From positions 128,001 through 192,000 of the forward strand of contig CBDAOY010000007.1 of assembly GCA_965198225.1 (NCBI GenBank): a DNA stretch of 64,000 nt. The letters run 5' to 3'. The position numbers were made by a program, and so were the translations under genes. Below the pieces are notes generated by a model, which was given only the letters and a program-made list of their open reading frames with translations, was not told the DNA's origin and searched no databases. Shown here in pieces: positions 1 to 10,459 of this stretch. How positions within the stretch are numbered: position 1 is the stretch's first letter; every line of letters begins with the position of its first letter. This DNA comes from Terriglobia bacterium. GTDB lineage: Bacteria; Acidobacteriota; Terriglobia; 20CM-2-55-15.

Positions 1-199
1 TTCCCCCGCGGGCGGACTTGAAGACGAGCTGACTTCCGTCAGGCGAGAGGTCGAACTCCTCGATCCAGGTAGTTTCCGCCAGCGCGGGCTCCGATAGCGG
101 CTTCCCGCCACTGACGGTCTGGCCTTCGACGTCGGGGACCAGGGCGAGCAAAAGAGCGAACATCATGAATTCGAAGGCGCGTGCTTGACGCCCGTCCAT
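1..199 (-). CDS. 5' part of a TolB-like (PD40) / S9 peptidase-family protein, runs off the window edge
   Basis: Not in the ORF track. ATG at 199 follows an AAGGAGG RBS. Manual translation MDGRQARAFEFMMFALLLALVPDVEGQ...ALAETTWIEEFDLSPDGSQLVFKSARGG closely matches ALAETVWVEEFDVSPDGNLIAYKSAKSG of the 30135..32171 protein. Confidence 0.75.
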   Translation of the reverse strand, partial: MDGRQARAFEFMMFALLLALVPDVEGQTVSGGKPLSEPALAETTWIEEFDLSPDGSQLVFKSARGG

Positions 200-215
200 T
201 GGCGGCCTCCTTACA

Positions 216-254
216 GAAAAAAGAAAGGGGAGGCGTCTGCCTCCCCTTTCTTTC
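216..254 (-). terminator. Intrinsic terminator/attenuator hairpin downstream of TBDR-1
   Basis: AAGAAAGGGGAGGC-GTCT-GCCTCCCCTTTCTT stem-loop with a U-tract on the minus strand. Confidence 0.8.
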
Positions 255-275
255 ACGAAATAACGCGACCCGGGA

Positions 276-3200
276 TCAGAAGCTGAGCTTGATCGCGAGC
301 TGGATCTGACGGTTGTCCCGCGCCCGGCTGATCACTCCGAAGGTCGAAGAGTTCTGGATCCGGTTCGGGATTCTCCACTGTGGATGGTTCGTCGCGTTGA
401 AGAACTCCGCCCGGAACTGGATCGCGTCGGCGTTCTCACCGACCGCGAAGTTCTTGTAGACGGCCAAGTCCAGCTGGTTGGTCGGCGGCCCACGGAGAGC
501 TCCGCGTCCCGCGTTGCCGATCGTCCCGGTTGGCGGGGTTGCGAACGCGCTGGTGTTGAACCACTCCGAGGCGTCGCCGCCACCGGCCTTGGAATCGCCC
601 AGCAGGTTCGGTCGGTCCTGACCGACTCCGGTACGGCTGTTGTCCCCACCCAGCCCCGGCGTGAACGGCTGGCCGGAGGAGTAGGTGTAGATCGTGTTGA
701 GCTGCCAGCCACGGGCCAGCGCGCCGGCGGCTCCGTCCATGCCCTCACCCAATGGCAGCAACCAGGTGCCGGCGAAGGTCAACCGATGCGTCCGGTCGAA
801 GATCGACGGTCCGCGCTCCAGGAAGAGCCGGGTGTTGTCCATCGGGCTCGCACCGCCGCCGAGTCCGCTGCTGCCCGAGTTGTCGTCGATCGACTTCGAC
901 CACGTGTAGGCCTGGAGGAACGAGACGCCGTTGGCGAACCTCCGATCGATGCTCTCCTGGAACGAGTGGTAGTTCGAACTGGCACTGTCCTCGAGCCAAC
1001 CGATGTTGCCGAACCGCGAATCAGGCCGGCGAGCTGCCGTCGGCGCCCACCCTGAGATGTCGGTTCCCTGGCCGAGGTCCGAGCCGGCGATCGCCTGGTT
1101 GACGTTCCGGGTCCGGGTGAGCTTGTTCCCCTTGCTCCCCGCGTAGCCGATCTCCAGGACCGTGGAGTTGGTGAGCTCACGCTGGACGTTCAGGTTCCAC
1201 TGCATCATGTAGCTCGTCCGCAGCTTCGGGTTGACACCGCGGACCGTGAAGGACGAGGCGCCGACGACCAGGTCGTCCGGGAACGGGTCCTCGAGCGTCA
1301 TCTCCGGTGTGCGGGTGTCGTCGTCGGCCCCAATCGTCTGTGTGATGACGTACGGGAACCCGCGCTTGTAGCTATGGGTCTTGTTCGCCAGCACCGGGAC
1401 GTAAAACACCCCGCCACCGCCGCGAAGGACGGTCCGGCCGTCTCCCGCCACATCATAGGCGAAGCCCATCCGGGGACCGAAGTTGTTGAAGTCCATCGCG
1501 TACCCGCCCCGTGACAGGCTACCGTCCGCGACCGCGAAACCGGGGAACGTGTCCACGATCGGCTGGATATCCGGCTGGAAGCCTGAGTCCCCGAGTTTAA
1601 CGGCGAGCTGACGATCCGGCTGGTAGGACGCCTTCCGGTCGTGCTTGTCGTAACCGGCCGTCTGCGTTTCCCAGCGCATCCCGAGGTTCAGGGTCAGCCG
1701 GTCCGTGACGTCCCAGTCGTCCTGGAAGTATCCCGAGAAGTGCGTGGACCGCTCGTAGTTGACGATGTCGCCCTGGTTCCGGATCGTGATGTTGGGGAGG
1801 CCGAGCAGGGTGTCGCCCACGGAGTTGCCGGTGTAGCGGCCGTCGAAGCGAAAGTCTCCGGCCGGGAACACGATCAGGAAGAGGTTCATCGCCGTCCGGC
1901 GGTACTCGAACCCGAATTTCATCTGGTGGTTGCCCGTCGTGTACGAGAGGTTGTTGGTGAAGCTCGTGTGGTTGTCCCACCGGATGTGCGGCGCGGCCGA
2001 GCCGGCCGCGCTGTTGTAGCCGGTCAATCGGACCAGCGGCGGGCCCTTGAGGTCGTCCCGGAAGTCGGGTTCCTCGACCACCAGGACACAGCAGATACCC
2101 AGCTGTTTCTCGATTCCCTGGTCCCGCGCTTCGGCGATCAGGCCGCCCTTGATCCGGGTGAAGCCCAACCGGAACTCGTTGACCAGGTTGGGTGAGAAGA
2201 TATGCGTCTGGTTGAACGTCCCGGCCTGGGACAACGTATCCAGGAACGTGCCGTAGTTGGGAAGCGTCGCTCCCGACCGAAACGGCTCCAGGCGATCCTG
2301 ATCCCATATCGAATAGCGGACGAACAGGCTGTCGGAGTCGCCCCAGCTCGTGTCGAACCGGCCCGTCCAGTTCTCGGTGTCGGACTTCAGGTTGTAGGCC
2401 CCATTGAAGTTGGCGGCTGCTCCCGGCACGTTTTCGGCCGGGTAGAGGTCGACCATGTTCTGGCCGATCTGACTGAACCGGCTGGCGGGAATGATATTAC
2501 CCGGGAACGGGTTGCCGGTCGTCGGATCCATGAGCGGCGTCGGCAGCATCGCCGAGAAGTCGCCGCTGCGGAACGCAGTCTCGGGCACCTTCCCCGTCCC
2601 GCTCTGCGCCTGGCGAATCGACGTGGCGTCGAAGGAGAAGAAGAAGAAGGCGGTGTCCCTGATGATCGGTCCGCCGATCGTGCCGCCGTACTGGTTCCGG
2701 CGGAACGGCCGCTTCGGGGTGCCCTTCGGGTTGAAGTAGTTCCGGGCGTCGAAGATGTCGTTCCGGACGAACTCAAACGCCGATCCGTGGTACGCGTTCG
2801 TGCCCGACTTGGTCGAGACGTTGATCAGGCCGCCGGCGGCCCGCCCGAATTCGGCGCTGAAGCTGCTGGTCTGCACCTTGAACTCCTGGACCGAGTCGAT
2901 CCCCGGGACGATGATCAACTGGGCGTTGGCAATGTCGTTGTTGTCGACACCGTCGAGCAGGAAGTTGTTGAACTCCTCCCGAGCGCCATTGGCGTGCATC
3001 GAGCCCTGCTGCCCTTCGAGGTTGCTGCCCTCGACGACGGGCTGGACGCCCGGCGTCAGGACCGCGAGCTGCAGGAAGTCCCTACCGTTGAGCGGGAGCT
3101 CGGTCACGCGCTGCGTGTCGATCACCTGGCCCAGCGCGGAGGTGTCGGTTTCGATCAGCGGCGCGTCCGCGGTGACCTCGATCGTTTCGGTGACCTGGCC

Positions 3201-3527
3201 GACCTGGAGCTCGAAGTCGATGCGGGCGTTACGGTCGACTTGCACCTGGACCCCGCTCCGGATCTCGGTCCGGAACCCGGGGAAGGCCGTCTGCACCGTG
3301 TAGGTGCCGGACGGCAGGAGCGGGAAGTTGTACCGACCCGTCTCGTTGGTCAGGCCTGTCCGGACCTGGCCGGTGGCATCACTCGTAACGGTGATCTCGA
3401 CGCCCGGAAGCACGGCTTCCGATGCGTCGCTGATTCGTCCTTCAATCGATCCGGTGATGCGCTGCCCATACAGCGTGATCGGTAGCAACACCAGCAGGGC
3501 AAAGATCCCTGCGTTTCGAATCTTCAT
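276..3527 (-). CDS. TonB-dependent receptor, Oar-like, with N-terminal carboxypeptidase-regulatory-like domain (TBDR-1)
   Basis: Signal peptide MKIRNAGIF... after an AGGAGG RBS (ATG 3527). Motifs LPLNGRDFLQL, NNFLLDGVDNN, SVQEFKVQTSSFSAEFGR, TKSGTN, NNFGPRMGFAYD. C-terminal RQIQLAIKLSF ends in Phe. Confidence 0.92.
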   Translation of the reverse strand: MKIRNAGIFALLVLLPITLYGQRITGSIEGRISDASEAVLPGVEITVTSDATGQVRTGLTNETGRYNFPLLPSGTYTVQTAFPGFRTEIRSGVQVQVDRNARIDFELQVGQVTETIEVTADAPLIETDTSALGQVIDTQRVTELPLNGRDFLQLAVLTPGVQPVVEGSNLEGQQGSMHANGAREEFNNFLLDGVDNNDIANAQLIIVPGIDSVQEFKVQTSSFSAEFGRAAGGLINVSTKSGTNAYHGSAFEFVRNDIFDARNYFNPKGTPKRPFRRNQYGGTIGGPIIRDTAFFFFSFDATSIRQAQSGTGKVPETAFRSGDFSAMLPTPLMDPTTGNPFPGNIIPASRFSQIGQNMVDLYPAENVPGAAANFNGAYNLKSDTENWTGRFDTSWGDSDSLFVRYSIWDQDRLEPFRSGATLPNYGTFLDTLSQAGTFNQTHIFSPNLVNEFRLGFTRIKGGLIAEARDQGIEKQLGICCVLVVEEPDFRDDLKGPPLVRLTGYNSAAGSAAPHIRWDNHTSFTNNLSYTTGNHQMKFGFEYRRTAMNLFLIVFPAGDFRFDGRYTGNSVGDTLLGLPNITIRNQGDIVNYERSTHFSGYFQDDWDVTDRLTLNLGMRWETQTAGYDKHDRKASYQPDRQLAVKLGDSGFQPDIQPIVDTFPGFAVADGSLSRGGYAMDFNNFGPRMGFAYDVAGDGRTVLRGGGGVFYVPVLANKTHSYKRGFPYVITQTIGADDDTRTPEMTLEDPFPDDLVVGASSFTVRGVNPKLRTSYMMQWNLNVQRELTNSTVLEIGYAGSKGNKLTRTRNVNQAIAGSDLGQGTDISGWAPTAARRPDSRFGNIGWLEDSASSNYHSFQESIDRRFANGVSFLQAYTWSKSIDDNSGSSGLGGGASPMDNTRLFLERGPSIFDRTHRLTFAGTWLLPLGEGMDGAAGALARGWQLNTIYTYSSGQPFTPGLGGDNSRTGVGQDRPNLLGDSKAGGGDASEWFNTSAFATPPTGTIGNAGRGALRGPPTNQLDLAVYKNFAVGENADAIQFRAEFFNATNHPQWRIPNRIQNSSTFGVISRARDNRQIQLAIKLSF

Positions 3528-3894
3528 CTTGTTTCCTCCTTCATCTTCACTCTTAGCTTCGTGCAGGGACCATGACGGCGGCAACGCGGTCCGGAGACAT
3601 ACTGTCTCCCGTTGGACGCGCTGCGTAGCGTCACATTCCCACGGCCGAAACGGTCCGACGACCGAAACGGTACCTCGTTCTAAGAAAGCCTGGCGAACCA
3701 GGCGAATCTCGGGCGACCATACACCGATCGCTGTTGGGTAGTCAACCTTGACAGATCAAGATGGGTCGAGTTGGATCAAACTCACGGGCCGAGATAGATC
3801 GAACGACGGTATCAGCAATAGATCGGAGGTGATAGACGGCAGTGTCGGGGCGGCGATGTGGGTTTCCGGAGGCCAGCACTTATTCTCCCTCTTT

Positions 3895-5589
3895 TCAGGG
3901 CTCGCGCACCTTCAGGAGCGTGTTGATCTCGACATTATCCAGCCTGCTGGTGCGGCCCGAGGGCCAGAGGATCTCGACCTCTTCGACGCGTTGGGCGTCC
4001 CCGAGTCCGAAATGGAGCCGGAGGTCGTTCTGAGAGACGTAGGCGCCACCGGAACGCACCTGGCTGACGAGCGTCCCGTCTTCGGTCGTGACGCTCACGC
4101 GTGCCCCGATCGCTGACCGGTTGCTTGCCCTGCCTTCCAGCTCCAGAATGATCCAGTTGCCTGCCGTTTCGGATCGGTTCGACAGGAGTATCGCCCGTCC
4201 GTCGATCTGGCTGACGAGCACATCCAGGTCGCCGTCGTTGTCGATGTCGCCTGCGACAACCGCTCTCGCGCTGAGGAGGCCGACGCCTGGAAAGGCCGCC
4301 GGCCCGACTTCCCCGAAGCGGCCTCCGACGTTTCGGAATAGTTGCAGCGGCTGCCGGTAGGCCGTTCCGATCGGGTGCTCGTCTATCTGAGGATAGATGT
4401 GACCGTTGGCGACGAGGACATCCCGCAGGCCGTCGTTGTCGAAGTCTTCAGCCAAAAGGCCCCAGCCAAGCATCGCGATAGAGGGCCGGGCTAATCCCGC
4501 ACGCGAAGACTGATCGCTGAACAGCATGTTTCCTTCGTTCCGGTAGAGGGTGTTGTAGTCGTCCGAGAAATGCGTGACGATCAGGTCCGACCGACCGTCG
4601 TTGTCGTAATCGGCGACGGCCACACCCATACCGGCCTGCGAGCGGCCGTCCTCGCTGTAAGCCACGCCGGCTTGAAGCCCAATGTCCCTGAAACGGCCGT
4701 CGCCCAGGTTGTGGAACAGGTTGTTCGGTGCTGAGTCGTTGGCGAGGAAGAGATCCGGCCAGCCGTCGTCGTCGAAGTCCTCGAAGACCGCAGTGAACGT
4801 GTAGAGAACCTCGGCGTCTTCCAGACCCGCTTCCGCTGTCACGTCGCTGAACGTACCGTCCTGGTTGTTCCGGTACAGGACGTTGCGGGCTCCCGGAATT
4901 CCGGCCGGTCCGCAGAAGACCGGGATGCCCTTGTACCCGCACGCTTCATCGCTTCGGGATGATGTCGCCAGATCGAACTCCAGGTAGTTGGCCACGTACA
5001 GGTCCAGCCAGCCATCTCGATCGTAGTCGCTGAAAGCAGCGCCCGTGCCGTAGCCCGTATCGCCGACCCCGGCTGCTGCTGTTACATCCGAGAATGTTCC
5101 GTCGGTGTTATTGCGGTATAGGACATTCGATCCGTAGTTGGTGATGTAAATGTCGGTCCACCCGTCATTGTCGTAATCGGCCGCGGCCACTCCAATTCCC
5201 CAACCCCGGTCGCCGACGTCCCCCGCTCCGGTGACGTCGGTGAACCTTCCGTCACCATTGTTGCGGTAGAGGGCGTTGCTTGGAGCGTCGCCGTTTCCCG
5301 ACGAGGCCAGGTGTTCCCGCGTCGAGCCGTTGACCAGGTAAATGTCGATGAAGCCGTCCCGATCGTAGTCCAGGAATGCGGCGCCGCTGCCGTTGACGTC
5401 GGTGATGTGTCGCTTTTCGGGAGCACCGAACGTGTTCGTGAACCGGATGCCCGACTCGGACGTGATGTCTTCGAAGACTATTGCCGGTGGATCTTGCGCG
5501 GCCACCCCGAACGTCGCCGCCAGTAGGAGGACTATGACCCGGCCGCATCGGTGTCCCATCGGTTTCCGGATCGCGTCGAGTGATTTCAT
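3895..5589 (-). CDS. CRTAC1-family protein (FG-GAP/VCBS beta-propeller + ASPIC/UnbV domain)
   Basis: Many DxDxDG Ca-binding repeats (DYDRDG, DYDNDG, DFDDDG, DIDNDG). C-terminal SNRSAIGARV...LHFGLG...WPSG ASPIC/UnbV signature. Signal peptide. Confidence 0.9.
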   Translation of the reverse strand: MKSLDAIRKPMGHRCGRVIVLLLAATFGVAAQDPPAIVFEDITSESGIRFTNTFGAPEKRHITDVNGSGAAFLDYDRDGFIDIYLVNGSTREHLASSGNGDAPSNALYRNNGDGRFTDVTGAGDVGDRGWGIGVAAADYDNDGWTDIYITNYGSNVLYRNNTDGTFSDVTAAAGVGDTGYGTGAAFSDYDRDGWLDLYVANYLEFDLATSSRSDEACGYKGIPVFCGPAGIPGARNVLYRNNQDGTFSDVTAEAGLEDAEVLYTFTAVFEDFDDDGWPDLFLANDSAPNNLFHNLGDGRFRDIGLQAGVAYSEDGRSQAGMGVAVADYDNDGRSDLIVTHFSDDYNTLYRNEGNMLFSDQSSRAGLARPSIAMLGWGLLAEDFDNDGLRDVLVANGHIYPQIDEHPIGTAYRQPLQLFRNVGGRFGEVGPAAFPGVGLLSARAVVAGDIDNDGDLDVLVSQIDGRAILLSNRSETAGNWIILELEGRASNRSAIGARVSVTTEDGTLVSQVRSGGAYVSQNDLRLHFGLGDAQRVEEVEILWPSGRTSRLDNVEINTLLKVREP

Positions 5590-6836
5590 CGGGGTCGCGG
5601 CCGGCTCATGGCACGGCCTTCCGCCTCGCGGATCTGTCGATCCAGCTGCCGGAATCGTTCCAGGGCGGCCTCGGCCTCGGTGGTGTTGCCGACCTGCCGG
5701 TAGGCCCGCGCGAGCAGGTACAGGGCTCGATGTCTTTGGGAATCATCGTCGGGGAGGTCCGCGAGGATGTCGGGAAGGTCCCCGAGGATCTCGATCACTT
5801 CCTCGTGTCGATCCAACCGGCCCAGCGCCACGGCCTTTTCGATCCGCGTCGCAGGGTTGTCGGGATCGAGCGCCAGGGAGCGGTCGAACCACTCGAGAGC
5901 TTCGTCGTCGTCACCTGTCTCGAGGGTTAGACTGCCGATTGCGGTCAACGCTTCACTCGACCTGGCGTCCAACCTCAAGGCCGTTTCCAACCCCTCGAAG
6001 GCCTCATCATACTTACCGATGCCGCGGGCGGCGTACCCCAGCCACAGGTGTCCTTCCGCGTTGTCCGGAGCCGCGGCGACCATCGCCGAAAAGGTGTCGT
6101 GTGCCTCCACGGGTCGATCCAGCCCGAACCATGCCTGTCCCAGTCGGAAGAGCATCCGAGGGGACCGATCGCGAGCCGGTACGGATGAGAGCAATTCAGC
6201 GCTCGGCGCAAACGCTCCCTTTTCGTTGAGTAGTGTCGCGAGTTCCAAGAAACCGGAGAACCCGGGCGGCGGCGACCTTCGAAAGCGTTCCAGGTAGGGC
6301 CGCGCCCGATCGTATTCCTCCAGTTCGATCCACGCCCGAGCCAGCGAGTATGAAATCAAGAACTGCTGGCCGAGGCCGGCCTCCGCGCGTTCGAGCCGAT
6401 CGATCGCTTCGCGGAACTGCCGCTGCTGAATCGAGACCATGCCTGCGTTCAACGATGCCCGCGCGTTATCCGGGTCGATCTCCAGCGCGCGATTCAAAGC
6501 TCCCAGGGCACCGTCCAGGTCACCCGAGCGCCGGAGCAGATCCCCGAGATTGTTCCACGCATCCCCGAAACCGGGCTGTACCGAAACGGCCTGGCGGTAG
6601 GCGGCGATTGCCCCGGAAGTTCGTTCGAGCCGCGCACGGCTGATACCCAGCAGATACCAGGCTTCGGCGTTGTCGGGATCCGTGCCGACCAACCGCTCTG
6701 CCGCCTGTTCCGCTGCCGCCAGGTTGCCGCCGCCGATGAGCCGTCGAACTTCGTCGAGCGACTGTCCCGCGGCCTGCACGGAGGGTGCGGTACACACGAC
6801 CAGGGTCAACAGGAATCGAATCGAGAAGCGGGCCAT
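5586..6836 (-). CDS. Secreted tetratricopeptide-repeat protein
   Basis: Signal peptide and repeated TPR motifs (AEAWYLLG, AWNNLG, EGHLWLG, ALYLLARAY). Stop overlaps the next start (ATGA). Confidence 0.88.
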   Translation of the reverse strand: MARFSIRFLLTLVVCTAPSVQAAGQSLDEVRRLIGGGNLAAAEQAAERLVGTDPDNAEAWYLLGISRARLERTSGAIAAYRQAVSVQPGFGDAWNNLGDLLRRSGDLDGALGALNRALEIDPDNARASLNAGMVSIQQRQFREAIDRLERAEAGLGQQFLISYSLARAWIELEEYDRARPYLERFRRSPPPGFSGFLELATLLNEKGAFAPSAELLSSVPARDRSPRMLFRLGQAWFGLDRPVEAHDTFSAMVAAAPDNAEGHLWLGYAARGIGKYDEAFEGLETALRLDARSSEALTAIGSLTLETGDDDEALEWFDRSLALDPDNPATRIEKAVALGRLDRHEEVIEILGDLPDILADLPDDDSQRHRALYLLARAYRQVGNTTEAEAALERFRQLDRQIREAEGRAMSRPRPR

Positions 6837-6948
6837 CCGAACGCTTTCCCCCGGTCTCCCTCGAATCCGGACGGCATGGTCGCGGCATTCAGGGAGGACT
6901 TCGAAATACTATATCGCAAGGTGTTGCGGAGAGTTTCGGTGTGTCGGT

Positions 6949-9900
6949 TCACCGCTTCGGACTTTGATGTTCGAAACGATAAGCGGGCACGCCCCGGCCC
7001 GAGACGAGGCGCGTATTCCATTCGAGCCGATAGCCGACGTCCGCGTCCGTCATCGCCTCGTTTCCCCCGGAGGTATACGGATACGGGCTGTCGCTGTGAC
7101 GCGGGTGCGGGGTGACAGTTTGGGCGAAAGCCTCGTAGGAATCCATGTCCTTCTCGAAGCCGTCGGCGTAGAAGAAGTAGTCCCTCTTCCAGCCCGGTCC
7201 CGGTTCTTCCAGCTGGCTAGGGTCGAAATCCAGGGCGAGTTCTTCTCCCGAACCGAATATCACGAAATGGTCCTCAGCATCCTCCAGGAGTGGCCGAACG
7301 TTACCGAACGCCGTGTATGCGCCCCGGTGCTTCGCAAAAGGCCCCGTCGGGCTGAGGTCATCGTAGACGAAGGCTATGTCGCTCCGAGGACTGCCGGCTT
7401 GCGAACGGGGGTATCCGCGCCATGCAAGCGTTGCCGCCGACAGCGGGATCTCCCTCATTCGCACGGGGACTTCGTCGGAAGTCGTATCGATCATGATCCG
7501 GTCCCAGTAGATCTCCAGGTTTGTCGTGATTCTGATGCGCCGGAATCCGTCGGGCAGCAGGCCGGTCAGATCGCGGGTCATCGTGCGTGCAAGCCCGGCA
7601 GGGAATCCCATGTCGTCCAGCACGCGGACCCACCGGCCCGATGTGTCCAGAGCCTCCACGTACGGCGCTATCGGTTCGATTCCGGACTGGAGCGCCGCGA
7701 ACACGGCCGTCGGTGTGAAGTAGTCGATGAAACCTCGCATCAGAAGCCGAACCGGCTTCGTGCCCTCGATCGGGCCAAGGTCCAATTCCAGACTGTGGGT
7801 TTCCGCGAGTCCGTGGAAGGGGAGGGATTCGAATCCCGTTACGTAAAGCCGATCCTGCTCGAGCAGGCTGGGGAGCACATCAACGCCGTCTTCGTCCCAG
7901 GCCCCAAGCGGCGGGTGGGCGTCCCGACTCGCGATGATCTCGAACGACGGGAATGGCGGTCCCGATGCGAAATACTCGTTCGGGTAGACCTCCGCGTCGG
8001 CGGGATGATCGAGCGCAAACAGGCGGACCTGGTCCAGATAGACGAGTTCCTCCATCGGTTCCGATAGTCGAAAGCTGAGCCGCCCGTCGCGCGCGCGCAC
8101 GCTGTCGCCGTCGACGCGGATGTATTCGGTCGGGTCGGAAACGTTGCGTTGGCCCGGAGCGACCCAGTGTCCCGCTATCCCTGCTCCGATCGCGTCGGTG
8201 ATGAATTCGTATCGGTCGCCGTTCCATGCGAACAGGACCGGGCAGGAGCTGCCACGCCGGTCGATCTCGGTGACCAGGTGGGTCTGACGGGCTTCCGGCT
8301 GCGTTTCGTCCTGGAGGACCCCGGTCGGCCACAGCAGGCGCACCGTGTCGACTTCGGTGTTCGGTCCCAATCCGGCGATGACGGACGTGGAGCCCTGTCC
8401 GAGGTACCCGGATCCGCTCTGGACTTCCCACTTCTGTCGATGTATTCCCGCGAATATCTCGACCTTGGTGCCGATGGCGCTCTTGCTGTCGTTCAAACCC
8501 TCGAGGTCGATCCGTATCCACGCGTTGGCGTTTCCCCCGTCATTGCGGAGCAGGTGAACTGAGCCGCCGTTTTCGGTCAGGAGCAAGTCGGTATCGCCGT
8601 CCTCGTCGTAGTCGGCCGACACCAGGGCTCGCGGACGCTCGACGTCGAGCCGGTCCAGACCGACCGTCTGTGTCATGTCTTCGAAGCGATTGTTGCCGAG
8701 GTTGCGTAGCAGGCGCGCCTCCGCTCCGTCGGGTCCTTCACCGGCCCCGGCCAGGTCGATCCAGCCGTCGTTGTCGTAGTCGAGAGCGGCAAGTCCCCAG
8801 CCCTTGTCCCATCCGAACTCCGGCAGAGCGACCCGCTCGAACGTCCTGCCTTCGACGTTACGCCAGACGGTGATACCGGGCGAGGCCCAGTGTCCGAAAG
8901 CAACGTCCATCCATCCGTCCTTGTTGAAGTCGGCGACAGCGACTCCGGCAGTCGGCGCAACCTCCCCCCAGGGTTCGCGCATCTCGAACGCGCCTTCGCG
9001 TGGGTTGACGAACAGTGTGGGAGCCCTTTGCCAGCCGCTCACCACGAAGTCGATCGCGCGGTCGTTGTTGATGTCGGTCGCGACGGCGCCGACGCCGGGT
9101 GCAGCCCCCCCAAGTCCGGACTCGGAGGTCTGTTCGGTGAATGTCCCGTCCCCGTCGTTCCGCCAGAGCATGTTGGACGGTGCGGGCCCCTCAAACGGGA
9201 ACTCGAAGGAGGCGCCTTCAGCGGGACGAGGGAAGTTCACGAAGCGAGCCACGTAAAGATCCAGATCTCCGTCGTGATCATAGTCAACGAAGGAGAGCCC
9301 GGCGGACATCCCGTCGGCGGCAATGCCGGAACCCCCTGTCCGGTCCTCGAACCGGCCGTCGCCGGTGTTACGGAACAGTGTGACCCGCTCTCCGATGGCT
9401 GTTGCCAGGTCGGTGTGACCGTCATTGTCGTAATCGCCCGCGACGCAGCCCAGACCCAGCCCGGACACACCGACCCCTGCCGCGGCCGTCGCGTCCTCGA
9501 AACTTCCTCCTCCGCGGTTGCGGTACAGGGCGCTCGACGCGCCGGCCGCACCGTTGGGCAGGAACAGGTCGATGCTGTTGTCACCGTCGTAGTCGAGGAA
9601 ACACGCTCCCGGTCCCAGCAGTGTCGCCACGCCCCGATCCGCTTCGGCCGACTCGGACGTATGCGTGAAATCCAAACCCGCTTCGGACGCGACCGAGGCG
9701 AACTGTACCGGGATGGTGTCGGCAGGGGCTTCTGAAACCGCTCCGACCTCCTGCGCAAGCGAGTATCGTCCCTGGTCCCCGTAGGCAAGCCCCATCGGTA
9801 CTCCGATGTTCTCCCGGGTCAGGAGCTGGAAACGCTCCAGGTGTTGCCGCGCGAGATCGCTCTCCCCCTGACGCTGGTAGGCCCGCGCCAGTCCGAACTC

Positions 9901-10434
9901 CGCCGACGCATGGTAGGGCACCCGGTCGATCGCACGCTGGTAGGCTGCGACAGCTTCGGGGAACCGCTCGAGCTGGTCATACATCAGACCGCGCAGGTAG
10001 TGAGTGTCCGCATCATCGGGGTCGAGAGCCAGGGCCCGATCGAACGCCTCGATCGCCGGTTCCGGTTCTCCCAGGTAGCGGTAGGTCAGACCCAGGTTGT
10101 ACCAGGCCCTTGCGTCGGCCGGCGATTCTTCGACCATCCCGAGCAGAAGGTCTCTCGCAGGTTCGAACCGTTGCAGGTTGTAGAGCGCGATGGCCTGGTT
10201 CAGACGAGCCGCCGTAAGGGACGGGTCCAGCGCCTCGGCCTGTTCGAACATTTCGAGCGCATCTTCGACCCGCTGCTGAGAGAGGTACGCGATTCCCAGG
10301 TTGTTCAGACGGATGGCTCCGGTTTCTGCGTCCTCCTCATTCTGCGGTGCAGCGAGCGAAAGGCTGAGCGTCAACGCCAGAGCAAGCGCCATGCCGAGCG
10401 TCGAGAATCGAATTGTCACGCTTTTCTCCTCCAC
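6949..10434 (-). CDS. TPR + FG-GAP repeats + ASPIC/UnbV + uncharacterised C-terminal (SCP-motif) domain protein
   Basis: Signal peptide, N-terminal TPRs and DxDxDG repeats. SAIGTKVE...GLG...WPTG is followed by about 430 aa beginning RRGSSCPVLFAWNG. Confidence 0.88.
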   Translation of the reverse strand: MEEKSVTIRFSTLGMALALALTLSLSLAAPQNEEDAETGAIRLNNLGIAYLSQQRVEDALEMFEQAEALDPSLTAARLNQAIALYNLQRFEPARDLLLGMVEESPADARAWYNLGLTYRYLGEPEPAIEAFDRALALDPDDADTHYLRGLMYDQLERFPEAVAAYQRAIDRVPYHASAEFGLARAYQRQGESDLARQHLERFQLLTRENIGVPMGLAYGDQGRYSLAQEVGAVSEAPADTIPVQFASVASEAGLDFTHTSESAEADRGVATLLGPGACFLDYDGDNSIDLFLPNGAAGASSALYRNRGGGSFEDATAAAGVGVSGLGLGCVAGDYDNDGHTDLATAIGERVTLFRNTGDGRFEDRTGGSGIAADGMSAGLSFVDYDHDGDLDLYVARFVNFPRPAEGASFEFPFEGPAPSNMLWRNDGDGTFTEQTSESGLGGAAPGVGAVATDINNDRAIDFVVSGWQRAPTLFVNPREGAFEMREPWGEVAPTAGVAVADFNKDGWMDVAFGHWASPGITVWRNVEGRTFERVALPEFGWDKGWGLAALDYDNDGWIDLAGAGEGPDGAEARLLRNLGNNRFEDMTQTVGLDRLDVERPRALVSADYDEDGDTDLLLTENGGSVHLLRNDGGNANAWIRIDLEGLNDSKSAIGTKVEIFAGIHRQKWEVQSGSGYLGQGSTSVIAGLGPNTEVDTVRLLWPTGVLQDETQPEARQTHLVTEIDRRGSSCPVLFAWNGDRYEFITDAIGAGIAGHWVAPGQRNVSDPTEYIRVDGDSVRARDGRLSFRLSEPMEELVYLDQVRLFALDHPADAEVYPNEYFASGPPFPSFEIIASRDAHPPLGAWDEDGVDVLPSLLEQDRLYVTGFESLPFHGLAETHSLELDLGPIEGTKPVRLLMRGFIDYFTPTAVFAALQSGIEPIAPYVEALDTSGRWVRVLDDMGFPAGLARTMTRDLTGLLPDGFRRIRITTNLEIYWDRIMIDTTSDEVPVRMREIPLSAATLAWRGYPRSQAGSPRSDIAFVYDDLSPTGPFAKHRGAYTAFGNVRPLLEDAEDHFVIFGSGEELALDFDPSQLEEPGPGWKRDYFFYADGFEKDMDSYEAFAQTVTPHPRHSDSPYPYTSGGNEAMTDADVGYRLEWNTRLVSGRGVPAYRFEHQSPKR

Positions 10435-10459
10435 GCCAGGCCCGTGGTGCCCGGCGTCG

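Noticed and set aside
3726-3840. Spaced GATC/ATAGATCG motifs upstream of TBDR-1 as iterons or a methylation switch
   Set aside because: Spacing is irregular (20-28 bp), flanks are poorly conserved, and GATC is very common throughout this sequence.
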